Source: Centroscyllium fabricii (lineage: Eukaryota). From it: 64,000 bases of DNA. The first letter of the stretch is position 1, and every line of letters starts with the position of its first letter. The notes beneath the pieces were generated by a model that saw nothing but the letters and a program-made list of their open reading frames with translations, was not told the DNA's origin and did not search any database. The position numbers and the translations under genes are program-made. This document shows, one piece after another, positions 35,581 to 47,380 of the stretch. The stretch is from NCBI GenBank assembly GCA_051313645.2, contig JBNRSN020000005.1, positions 77,810,001 through 77,874,000 on the forward strand, given 5' to 3'.

Positions 35581-37578
35581 TGTGGTAACCGTTATATGTA
35601 CTCTTTTACCACCATAATATTGTTGCCCAATATTAATCTGTATGTATAGCGGCCGGGTGCATGATACACTGCTTTGTATTGCGACACTGTCGCGGGGTCA
35701 GGTCAGCCACATCTCTAACTCCTCCCCTCAGGTGAGTGCCTTATAGGTGGGGTCTGACCTGCCCCCATCCATTCTGTACCTGATGTTCGATCGGAGCGTA
35801 GCTCCTTTGTAAGCTAATAAAAGCCTTTAGTTGAGGTAACTACGTGTCTTTGGTTTTATTAGACTATTGACGATACGTCCTGCGGTGGCGGATCGAGCTC
35901 TCGACTTACGCATACGACATTCTTTACCGACCAGGCAAACTCAATGAACCCCCGGACGCATTGTCCAGGGGAACGTGCGCCAGTGCCCAGCTAGACCGGC
36001 TGAAGGAACTCCATGATCGCCTCTGCCACCCGGGTATCACCAGACTCGCCCACTTCGTTAAATCCCGTAGCCTCCCCTACTCCATCACGGAGATCAAGGC
36101 TATGACCCAAGAGTGCCCTGTTTGCGCCGAGTGCAAACCCCAATTTTACAGGCCAGACACGGCGCACCTCATCAAGGCCACCCCCCCATTTGAACGTCTA
36201 AGCGTGGACTTCAAAGGCCCCCTCCGCTCCACCGACCGCAACTCGTACTTCCTCATGGTCGTAGACGAGTTCTCCCGCTTCCCTTTCGCCTTCCCCTGCC
36301 CAGATATGACGAACGCAACGGTGATCAAACACTTCACCACGCTGTTCGCCATTTTCGGTCTCCCCAGCTACATCCATAGCAACTGGGGATCGTCGTTCAT
36401 GAGCGACGAACTGCGTCAGTTTCTGCTTCAGAAAGGGATTGCCTCAAGCAGAACGACCAGTTACAACCCCCGGGGGAACGGCCAGGTAGAAAGGGAGAAC
36501 TGGATCATCTGGAAGGCGGTCAGCCTGGCCCTGAAGTCCAGAGGCCTTCCAGTGTCCCGTTGGCAGGCAGTCCTCCCAGATGCACTGCACTCGATCCGCT
36601 CTCTGTTGTGTACGGCTACCAACGCCACAGCTCACGATTTGCTCTTTTCCTTCCCCAGGAAGTCGACTTCGGGGACAGCCCTTCCACCATGGCTCACGAT
36701 GCCGGGGCCGGTCTTGCTTAGGAAGCATGTTCGTGGCCATAAGACTGACCCCCTGGTAGACAAGGTGCAGCTGCTGCATGCCAACCCGCAGTACGCGTAC
36801 GTTCAGTTCCCGGACGGGCGCGAGGACACCGTCTCCATCAGGGACCTAGCGCCCGCCGGGAGCACCACAGCAGAGCCCCTGGTCGAGCCTCAGCCCGTCC
36901 ACCCACTACATTTCGACCACTGGCTGATACACCATCCACAACCCACCGGAGGCTGGCCATTTCAAACATACACATCGGAGCCCCCGTCACTGCCAGCTGA
37001 GGACCAGGAACCGGACGACGAGCCGCAGGCACAGCAGCAACCGGAGGGCCCGGCCCCACCGCCACTACCAGCACCTACGGTACCGGCACCAGCGCCGCCG
37101 CCACTACCGGCACCAGCGCCGCCGACACTACCGACACCAGCGCCGCCGACACTGCAGACACCAGAGCCGCTGACAGAGACCCGGTGGTCCTCCAGACAGA
37201 CGCGACCGCCGGAGAAACTCATCATGAACTGTTCTGTCCATTCACCCCGCCGGACTTAATTTTCAAAGAAGGGGTGAATGTGGTAACCGTTATATGTACT
37301 TTTTTACCACCATAATATTGTTGCCCAATATTAATCTGTATGTATAGCGGCCGGGTGCATGATACACTGCTTTGTATTGCGACACTGTCGCGGGGTCAGG
37401 TCAGCCACACCTCTAACTCCTCCCCTCAGGTGAATGCCTTATAGGTGGGGTCTGACTTGCCCCCATCCATTCTGTACCTGATGTTCGATCGGAGCGTAGC
37501 TCCTTTGTAAGCTAATAAAAGCCTTTAGTTGAGGTAACTACGCGTCTTTGGTTTTATTAGACTATTGACGATACGTCA
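35581..37578 (+). mobile_element. Internally deleted Gypsy element G2: LTR-integrase-PPT-LTR (1998 bp)
   Basis: LTRs 35581-35879 and 37279-37578 (~5 substitutions in 300 bp); TSD CCTGT; PPT AAAGAAGGGG at ~37265; the 5' LTR joins directly to LRWRIELS at the end of RNase H. Confidence 0.96.
35961..37259 (+). CDS. G2 integrase open frame (HHCC zinc finger, catalytic core, Pro-rich tail); no native start codon
   Basis: H..LCHPG...C..C; VDFKG; HSNWG (second catalytic Asp changed to Asn; G1 has HSDQG); GQVERE. Confidence 0.8.
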   Translation: MSRGTCASAQLDRLKELHDRLCHPGITRLAHFVKSRSLPYSITEIKAMTQECPVCAECKPQFYRPDTAHLIKATPPFERLSVDFKGPLRSTDRNSYFLMVVDEFSRFPFAFPCPDMTNATVIKHFTTLFAIFGLPSYIHSNWGSSFMSDELRQFLLQKGIASSRTTSYNPRGNGQVERENWIIWKAVSLALKSRGLPVSRWQAVLPDALHSIRSLLCTATNATAHDLLFSFPRKSTSGTALPPWLTMPGPVLLRKHVRGHKTDPLVDKVQLLHANPQYAYVQFPDGREDTVSIRDLAPAGSTTAEPLVEPQPVHPLHFDHWLIHHPQPTGGWPFQTYTSEPPSLPAEDQEPDDEPQAQQQPEGPAPPPLPAPTVPAPAPPPLPAPAPPTLPTPAPPTLQTPEPLTETRWSSRQTRPPEKLIMNCSVHSPRRT

Positions 37579-38822
37579 CCTGTCTTTCTATTTTTACCAC
37601 CAAAGTGGATAACCTCACATTTATCCACATTGTACTTCATCTGCCATACATTTGCCCATTCACCTAACCTGTCCAAGTCAATCTGTAGCCTCTTAGCATC
37701 CTCCTCGCAGCTCACACTGCCTCCCAATTTAGTGTCATCCGCAAATTTGGAGATACAACATTTAATCCCTTCGTCCAAATCATTAATATATAATGTAAAC
37801 AGCTGGGGCCCCAGCACCGAACCTTGCGGTACCCCGCTGGTCACTGCCTGCCATTCTGAAAACTGCCCATTTACTCCTACTCTTTGTTTCCTGTGTGCCA
37901 ACCAGTTCTCAATCCACATCAACACATTACCCCCAATCCCATATGCTTTAACTTTGCACACCAATCTCTTGTGTGGGACCTTGTCGAAAGTCTTCTGAAA
38001 GTTCAAGTACACCACATCCACTGGTTCTCCCCTGTCCATTCTACTGGAAACATCCTCAAAAAATTCCAGAAGATTTGTCAAGCATGATTTTCCTTTCGCA
38101 AATCCATGCTGACTTGGACCTATCATGTCACCACTTTCCAAATGGTCTGCTATGACATCCTTAATAATTGATTCCATCATTTTACCCACTACCGATGTCA
38201 AGCTGACCGGTCTGTAATTCCCTGTTTTCTCCCTCCCTCCTTTTAAAAAAAGTGGGGTTACATTAGCCACCCTCCACTCCATCGGAACTGATCCAGTCTA
38301 TGGAATGTTGGAAAATGATCGTCAATGCATCCATTATTTCCAAGGCCACTTCTTTAAGTACTCTGGGATGCAGACCATCAGGCCCTAGGGATTTATCAGC
38401 CTTCAGTCCCATCAATTTTCCCAACACATTTTCCCGACTAATAAGGATTTCCCTCAGCTCCTCCTTTTTACTAGACCCAATGACCCCATTTATGTCCGGA
38501 AGGTTGTTTGTGTCCTCATTAGTAAATACCAAACCAAAGTACTTGTTCAATTGATCTGCCATTTCTTTGTTCCCCATTATGACTTCCCCTGATTCTGACT
38601 GCAGGGGACCTACGTTTGTTTTTACTAACCTCTTTCTCTTTACATATCTATAGAAGCTTTTGCAGTCAGTTTTAATATTCTCTGCAAGCTTCCTTTCATA
38701 TTCTATTTTCCCTGTCTTAATCAAACCCTTCATCCTCCTCTGCTGAGTTTTAAATGTCTCCCAGTCCCCGGGTTTGCTGCTACTTCTGGCCAATTTGTCT
38801 GCCTCTTCCTTGGCTTTAATAC

Positions 38823-41800
38823 TGAGATGCCTCAAATCAAAGACGGCAGCGAGTTCTTAAATAAGTGGCTTTTATTCACAAGGAACTGAACCGTGTCCCC
38901 GATGAGCCTGCCTGGAATGAGAGATAAGTGGGCGGAGCATTCTCCTTTATACTAGTACCCAGAGGCGGGGTCAGCCGGAACAGGTCCTTACAGAAATGTA
39001 GAGATATTAACAGATATATAACAAACACATTAAACAAAACTATATACAATAACCGTACAGTGTGATCCACACCAAAAGGTTCATCACATTCACACCTTCC
39101 TTAAAAAGAAGTCCAGCGGGGCGAATATCAGCACTGTGTTATTAGTCTTTGTGGAGGTTTAACAGTCCGATCAGATCGGCGAGGCAGTGTCGGTTCTGGT
39201 GAAGAAGCGGGAGTAGTCGTAATCGGAAAAGACGCTGACGGGGCTCCCGACGTGAACAGAGACTCCACCGGTGGAAGAGGTACCTCAGGCACAGGAAGAT
39301 CTGGTGGAGGTGTAGCAGCCGCCAAAAGAGTAGGCTGAGCAACATGATGAGCTCCGTCGTGCATCGGAAGTGATGAGGGCCCCGATGTAATGTGCGCAGG
39401 TGAATGAAAAGACGGCCCCTGCTGTGAAAATGTGACCTGGGAGGGCAAGGGCTCCGCCAACGACTCAAGAGTGAACGTCTCCAGCGGGCGCAAGGTCTCT
39501 AATCGAGACGGTATCCTCACGCCCGTCTGGGTACGCCACGTAGGCATACTGAGGGTTGGCATGCAGCAAGCGCACACGTTCGACAAGAGGGTCCGTCTTG
39601 TGTCCACGGACATGCCTTCTAAGCAAAACCAGCCCCGGGTTGGTAAGCCACGTCGGCAGAGACGTCCCCAAAGTTGATTTCCTAGGGAAAGAGAAGAGTT
39701 TCTCGTGAGGTGCGCAACCGGTGGCTGTGCACAAGAAGGAGCGGGTAGCGTGGAGCGCATCCTGGAGGACCTCCTGCCAATGAGAGGTTGGAAGGCCTTT
39801 GGATCGAAGGGCCAGGGTGATGGCCTTCCAGATGGTCCCATTATAACGTTCTACCTGACCGTTCCCCCGGGGGTTGTAACTGGTCGTTCTGCTCGAGGCA
39901 GCCCCCCTCACGAGCAGAAAATGACGCAGTTCGTCACTCATAAATGAGGACCCCGGTCGCTGTGTATGAAGCCGGGAAGGCCGAAAATGGCGAATAGCAT
40001 GATAAAATGCTTTATCACTGTTGCACTCGTCATATCTGGGCATGGGAATGCAAAAGGGAAACGGGAGAACTCGTCGACCACAGTGAGAATGTACGAGTTA
40101 CGGTTGGTAGAGGGGAGGGGACCTTTGAAGTCCACACTCAGGCACTCGAATGGGCGGGTGGCCTTGATGAGGTGCGCCCTGTCAGGCCTGTAAAACTGGG
40201 GCTTGCACTCAGCACAGACAGGGCACTCCTGCGTCATCGCCTTGATCTCCGCAATGGAATAAGGGAGATTGCGTGATTTGACGAAGTGAGCGAGCCTGGT
40301 GACCCCCGGGTGGCAGAGATTAGCGTGGAGGGTGTTCAGACTACCCGACTGGGCGCTGGCACACGTTCCTCAGGACAGGGCGTCCGGGGGATCGTAAAGC
40401 TTCCCTGGCCAGTACAGAATGTCGTACTCAAAAGCGGAGAGTTCGATCCGCCACCTGAGGATCTTGTCATTCTTGATTTTACCCCTCTGTTTATGGTGGA
40501 ACATAAACGCTACTGACCGCTGGTCAGTAAGAAGGGTAAATCGTTTACCGCCCAAATAGTGGCGCCAGTGGCGCACTGCTTCCACGATTGCTTGGGCCTC
40601 CTTTTCCACTGAAGAGTGGCGGACTTCAGGGCCCTGCAGGGTACGGGAGAAGAAAGCGACGGGCCTGCCTGCCTGGTTAAGGGTGGCGGCCAGGGCGAAG
40701 TCTGAGGCGCCGCTTTCGACGTGGAAGGGGAGAGACTCATCAATGGCGTGCATGGTTGCCTTGATGATGTCTTGCTTGATATGCGAAAAAGCAATTTGGG
40801 CCTCTAACGGGAGCGGGAAGGAGGTAGCCCTGAGTAGAGGCCGGGCCTTATCAGCATAATGGGGAACCCATTGTGCATAGTAAGAGAAAAAACCCAGGCA
40901 TCTCCTCAAAGCTTTGGGGGAGTGCGGTAGGGGCAGCTCCTGAAGGGGGTGCATACGTTCGGGGTCGGGGCCGAGGACCCCGTTCTCAACCACGTAGCCG
41001 AGGATAGCCGAGGATAGTGTTGAAAACGCACTTATCCTCATTGTAAGTGAGGTTCAGACGCTGGGCCGTACGGAGAAACCTGTCCAAATTGGCATCATGA
41101 TCTTGCTGGTCATGGCCGCAGATCGTGACATTGTCCAAATACGGGAATGTGGCCTGCAAATCATACTGGTCAACCATTCGGTCCATCTCTCGTTGGAAGA
41201 CCGAAACTCTGTTGGTAACTCCAAAGGGGACCCGGAGGAAGTGAAAAAGGCGCCCATTTGCCTCGAAGGCAGTGTATTTACGGTCCTCAGCTCTGATGGG
41301 GAGCTGGTGATAGACTGACTTAAGGTCGATGGTGGAGAAGACCTTATACTGGGCAATCTGATTGACCATGTCATTGATTCTAGGAAGCGGATAAGCGTCG
41401 AGCCCAGTGTAGCGGTTAATAGTCTGGTTATAGTCGATGACCATGCGCTGTTTGTCGCCAGACTTAACCACCACCACCTGGACCCGCCACGGGCTGTTAC
41501 TGGCCTCGATGATGCCCTCCCGCAACAACCGAGCAACCTCTGCCTTCATAAAGGTGCGGTCCCCCGCGCTGTATCGCCGACTCTTGGTTGCAATGGGCTT
41601 GCAGTCAGGGTCAAGGTTGACGAACAGCGAGGGGGGTCTATCTTCAAGGTAGACAGACCGCAAGGGGAGTGTGGTTGTAAGGCAGGGCAGTCGCGGCTGC
41701 TGACCGTGAGAGGAGGCAGGGGACCGCCGTATGCCATCGTCATGCTCTGCAGATTGCACTGGAAGTCCAGGCCAAGCAACACAGGGGCGCAGAGCTGTGG

Positions 41801-43860
41801 GAGGACGTACAGTTGAAAGTTGCGGTATGTCGTCCCCTTCACGGTAATAGTGACTGTACAGCAGCCGATGACGTCCACAGTCTGGGACTCGGAGGCGAGG
41901 GAGATTTTACGATGTGTGGGCTTAACCCTGAGGGAATAACGGCGCACCGTATCAGGGTGTATGAAGCTCTCCGTACTCCCAGTGTCGAACAGTCATCGGG
42001 TGAGGTGCCCCTTTACCCGGATGGGCATCATCGATGATATGAGAGACTGGTTGAGGGCTGTAGAGGCAAGTGTGGTGTGCGCGCTAGGGCCCTTGTGCAA
42101 TGCAGGGTTCGCGAGCGATGGCGGCTCCCGTGATTCGCACGCGGCGGGCCACGGTGGTGTTTCGGGCCGTTGGGAGGACCGCTAGGTGGGTCGCTGAGAA
42201 AGCCGTTGGGAGGACCGAAGGGCTCGTGGCGCGCAAGCACCAGAATGCTGAATTGCCCTGGAGTTGCCTGTTGCTGCTGCCAGGATCATTGGAATTTCTC
42301 CAGGGCTGCCTGTTGCTGCTGCTGCCTGCATCGGTAAGCTTGCCTTAAACAAAGATGGCCGCGCCCTGGGCTGGGGCGGGGCTGCTGCTGCCAGGAGGCG
42401 AATTGCCCGCATCCAAGATGGCGGTGTCATGTGACGGGGCGGGGCCGCTGCTGCCAGGATGCGAGTTGACCGCATCAAAGATGGCGGCGCCCTGTGCTGG
42501 GATGCTGCCGCTGCTGCCAGGATACCCGACGGCGCCCGCGTTTCACGCCGATTCAGCGAGGAAGAAGGTGCCCGCGCCCCCAAAGATGGCGGAGTGCGGG
42601 AAACGAGCGAGGAAGAAGATGCCCGCGCCCCCAAAGATGGCGGAGTGCGGGAAACAACGTTGGCAGGCCGCATCTGAGGCAAGGTAGGTGGCAATCATTC
42701 AGAGGGCCGCTGTTGGGGGGCGCTAGGTACCTGAGGCAACTCTGTGGCGTGGACATCGCAGGCTGCTGCCATTTTCCGTGCTGATTCCGGGGCTGATCGG
42801 CAGACCTTCGCAAAATGGCCCTTCTTGCCAATTTGGAGCAGGAAAATGCCTTCGCTGGGCTGGAGCTTCGTGGATGGTGTTTCTGGCCGCAAAAAAAACA
42901 TTTCGGAGGCGCTGGCTGTCCAGATGGTGCCGTGGCCGCCACGGTCGCCGTCGAGGGCGTCGAACACGAGTCCCAAGGCCCAGGGGAAACCGTGTGGGAG
43001 CCGTGCCCCGTGTACGAATCTAGGCTCCGGAGGGCCCCATCCACCGCGTTGGAAAGCTTCAGCGCCTCATTTAGGGATAAATTACCCTGCTCGAGCAGAC
43101 GGGTGTGGGCTGGGGCCGATCTGATGCCTGCCACGTAGGCATCGCAGACAAGGAGGTCCATGTGCTCCTGGGCGTTAACAGGGGCGCATCCGCAGCATTG
43201 AAGAGCCTCCAGGTACTCCTCTTTCGACTCACCATGCTGTTGCCGCCACGTGCCGAGTAGATGGCGAGCATAGACTGCGTTGACTGGCTGGAGATATCGA
43301 GCCTTCAGTAGCTCCATCGCTGCATCGTATTCCGTGGCGCTCTTAATTATGGAATACACTCTGCCACTCACGCAGGAGACCAGGACTCTTCTCTTGTGCG
43401 CGTCGCCGACTCCGGCCACGACAAGGTACGACTCGAAGCAGCTCAGCCAATGTTCAAAAACTTTCAACGCGTTCAGTGCCTGGGGGTTGAGGTCGAGAGT
43501 TTTTGGTTTTAGAACTGTCTTCCAACTCTCAGATGTTGCTGGCTGTTGATCTTCATTCTGCTGGCTCATTTTAAAAATCCTTGTGAATAAAATTGAGATG
43601 CCTCAAATCAAAGACGGCAGCGAGTTCTTAAATAAGTGGCTTTTATTCACAAGGAACTGAACCGTGTCCCCGATGAGCCTGCCTGGAATGAGAGATAAGT
43701 GGGTGGAGCATTCTCCTTTATACTAGTACCCAGAGGCGGGGTCAGCCGGTACAGGTCCTTACAGAAAAGGTACAGATATTAACAGATATATAACAAACAC
43801 ATTAAACAAAACTATATACAATAACCGTACAGTGTGAACCACACCAAAAGGTTCATCACA
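38823..43860 (-). mobile_element. Full-length but frameshifted Gypsy element G3
   Basis: LTRs 38823-39088 and 43594-43860; TSD AATAC; PPT at 39089-39105; gag ATG 43569; PR FDTGS, RT YLDNV, RNase H and INT in shifted frames. Confidence 0.96.
39128..43569 (-). pseudogene. G3 gag-pol, multiple frameshifts
   Basis: ORF pieces 42553..43569, 42182..42694, 41546..41947, 40986..41759, 40370..41041, 39938..40237, 39465..40043 and 39128..39841 tile the G1 polyprotein. Confidence 0.93.
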
Positions 43861-44244
43861 AATACTATCCCTGATTTCCCTTGTTCGCCTTGGTTGAGCC
43901 ACCTTCCCTTTTTTATTTTTACGCCAGACAGGGATGTACAATTGTTGCAGTTCATCCATGTGATCTCTAAATGTCTGCCATTGCCCATCCACTGACAACC
44001 CCTTAAATATCGTTTGCCAATCTAACCTAGCCAATTCACGCCTCATGCCTTCAAAGTTGCCCTTATTTAAGTTTTGGACCAAGGTCTCTGAATTAGCTGT
44101 TTCCTTCTCCATCCTAATGTAGAACTCCACCATACTATGGTCACTCTTCCCCAAGGGGCCTCGCACCACAAGATTGCTAATTAGTCCTCCCTCATTACAC
44201 AACACCCAGTCCAGGATGGCCTCCCCTCTAGTTGGTTCCTGAAC

Positions 44245-45680
44245 AAATGCTAGGAGATCATGGACTTCATTGTCACGAAGATTGAGAAAATCCATTCAGC
44301 TACCTCCGTTGCTTCTCCCTCCCCCTTCACCTTTCACTTGCCCATCGAGCCAAACTTTCTCCAAGCTTCCCTCCTGCCCTAGCCCTGAACCCGCATCTTT
44401 CTCTATTGCCCAGTTTTCTTGCAAATTGTTTAAAGCTCACTAATTTACATCCCTGCCACAGTACAAAAATGACCCTAAATAAATTAGAAATTACATCCAC
44501 TGTGACTGTGGTGCATCATCATCCACCTCAATCTCTCTGCACCCTATGACATGGTTGACTACACCATCCTCCTCCAGAGCCTTTCCTTAATAGTCCAGCT
44601 CAGTGGGAGTGCCCTCTCTAGCTCCACTCTTACCTATATGGTCAAAACCAGAGATCTCTATCAATATCTTCTCTTCCTGCCCCTGCACTGTTACCTCTGG
44701 AGTCCTCCAAGGATCTGTTGTTGGCCCTCTCCAGTTGCTCATCTGCATGCTGCCCCTTGGCAACATCATCTACAGACATAGGGTCAACTTCCCATGTATG
44801 TTCACAACACCCAGCACGACCTCTCTTGAACCCTCCACTGCCTCTGTGCTGTTGGTGTTCTTATCCAACATCCAGTCATGGATGAGCCAAAATAACCTAT
44901 AGTTTTAAACATTGGTAAAACTGAACCCACATTCTCTTTGGCTCTTTCATCCATACTCTTACCAATGATTGCATCCCCCTTCCCAGCCACTGTCACAGGC
45001 TGAACCAGATGGATTGCAGCCTCAACGTCCTATTTGACCCTGAGCTGAGCTTCTGATCTCATATCCTCTTTGTCAGGAAGACAGTCTACTTTCATCTCAT
45101 CTCCGTAATGTCACTTGTCTCTGCCCCTATCTCAGCTCATCTTCTGCTAAAACCCTCATCCATGCCTTTGTCACTCAATGCTTTCCTATCTGGCTTCCCA
45201 TCCTCCACCCTTGTAAACTTCAGCTCATCCAAAACTCAGCTGCCTGTTCTAATTCGCATTCAAGTCCCGCTCACCCATCACCCTATCCTCACTGACATAT
45301 TTTGCCTCCTGGAGCTCCAATGTCTCATATTTAAAATTCTCATCTCCAGTTTAAATGCCTTGTTGGCCTCGACCCTCCCCATCTCTGAATCCTCCTTCAG
45401 CCCTACAACTCCCCAAACTCTCCGTTCCTCTGATTCTGACCTCTTGTTCATTTCCCCTTCCCCCACCATGGCTTTCGCTCTAGAATTCCATTCCTTAACT
45501 ACTCCACTTCCATCTCCTCCTTTAGACCTTTCTTAAAACCCACCTCCCTGACCAGGCTACAGGTCACCCTGTCTATTGTTTCCTTCTTTGGCTCTGCATC
45601 TATTTTTTGATTACACTTCTGTGAAGTGCTTTTAGACATTTTCTATTTTAAAGTCGCTGAATAAATCTAGGTTGTTGTTA
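44245..45680 (+). mobile_element. Old L2 LINE fragments
   Basis: VDYTILLQSL; SGVLQGSVVGP; LSNIQSWMSQN; 3' CTTAAAACCCACCTC motif. Confidence 0.75.
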
Positions 45681-45867
45681 TTATTATTGGTAGTTGATGT
45701 TGGAATAGTCAGAAATAGCAGTTTGAATAGAAATGATGAACTCCATCAGATTCACATAACAGTACAAATATAAACAAAGCGGGATTGCTAATGAGAGACC
45801 AAAACAGAAAATGCCAGAAATACTCAGCAGGTCAGGCAGCATCTGTGGAGAGATAAACAAAGTTAAC

Positions 45868-46617
45868 GGCCCAAAAATTCGGGTTGGAGGCTTCCCGCGA
45901 GTGCCAGCCTTCAACCCACATTTATCTAGCGCGCCGGCCGTTGAGCAGCCGGACTTCCGCTGCGGGGCCTTCCTGAACTGCCGGCGCGCCGCGCTCCCAG
46001 ATCCCAGCGGCGAAGATAGTGCGAGGCTTCACGTGGGATCACGTGGCCCGCGGAGAGCCAATCGGAGCACAGAATGCTCCATTCATAAGTTTGACAGGAA
46101 GACCTGCCAAACTTATGAATACTACAACCCCAAAAGCTCAGTAAATCTTAAAATAAATTTTTAAAAATCACATTTTTTAAAATAACTATCAATTACATAA
46201 ATTAGCTATTTTAAACAAAAATGAAAATTTTTGAGAAATTATTAAAGTATTTAACGGGGCTAAAAATAAACTTACCTTTCTTTAAAGTATTTAAAAATGA
46301 TAAACCTGTGGAAATCTTTTTTTTAATTGAATTAATTCACCACTTACCTGCTGAAAAGGAGTCTTTGCACTTGAAAATAGGAGACGTAACCTTTTCTAAT
46401 ACTTACCCGGATTAAAGCCTGTAAAAAAATCGCAAGTGCATTGCATATGCACTGCTGCGCACACGCACGCGTTCCGATCCTTGACCCCTTCTTTCAGGGG
46501 ATTGGAAGTGCCGGTTTCGCGTGCATGCGCGCTGCATGTAGGAAACCGGCAATTCTGATGGGCCTACGCGTGAGTACCCAGCGCGTACTCACGCGTTGGG
46601 ACCCTAATTTCTGGGCC
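45868..46617. mobile_element. 750-bp MITE copy 3, inserted into a Penelope terminus (45800-45867 + 46618-46651)
   Basis: TIRs GGCCCAAAAATT / AATTTCTGGGCC; 3-bp TSD AAC. Confidence 0.88.
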
Positions 46618-47380
46618 AACGTTTCAGGTCATTGACCTTTTATCAGAACTAGATTATAAGAGATTTGGATTAAGCTAATAAGGATGACAAATGTCTGATT
46701 TGTTCTGTGGTAATGTGTAATAATGGTCAAAGATAGCAATTGGCTTTGAAAGCCTACTGTAACATAAATGGCCATTAAAAAAAATTGGAGTAATTAAAGT
46801 ACTTTTCCTACCAATTACCTCAAAGAAAAAGGCATATTTTGAAGGTTTTATATTTTGAGAATATTACATTTAAAAATAATTTCTAAGCCACATGAGCTTT
46901 GTAACAATGACATTATAGCTCCTTTTGGATCTGTACCTTGATTAGTAATTCTAACCCTGGCAAGTAGTAAAAACAGGAGAAAAAGTCAGTAACTTAGACA
47001 GTAAATGCATTATAATAGCAAAGCAGCCTTTTCCAGCAACAAATGCTTAGGTAAGAACTTCTGTCCAAACAAAATATGAAATCATAATAACACTACTTAT
47101 AATCATAAAAACAGATGTCTGAATTAAAAGTGAGAGCTCCTAGCTAGATACTTTATACTTTTATTGTCCAAAATGAATTCCAGGTCATGAATTTTTTTTT
47201 CATCTCCAAAAATTTGCCAGGATGTGAAAGAAATCTTTTCTTTTCAGCTGAAATAAACAATTTACTTTATTGCTTCAATGTGAGCTTGTTTTTTGTTTTT
47301 TCAATGTAGCCAGCTGAGGGCTGGGAATTCATAAGGATAAGAAACATGCAGGAAAGCAATTTTCACACAGACTGAATTAT

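Larger units (their letters stand above)
34818..44240 (-). mobile_element. One CR1 LINE split in three (34818-35580, 37579-38822, 43861-44240) by two Gypsy insertions
   Basis: RT/APE motifs continue across both insertions after removing the TSDs CCTGT and AATAC. Confidence 0.93.
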
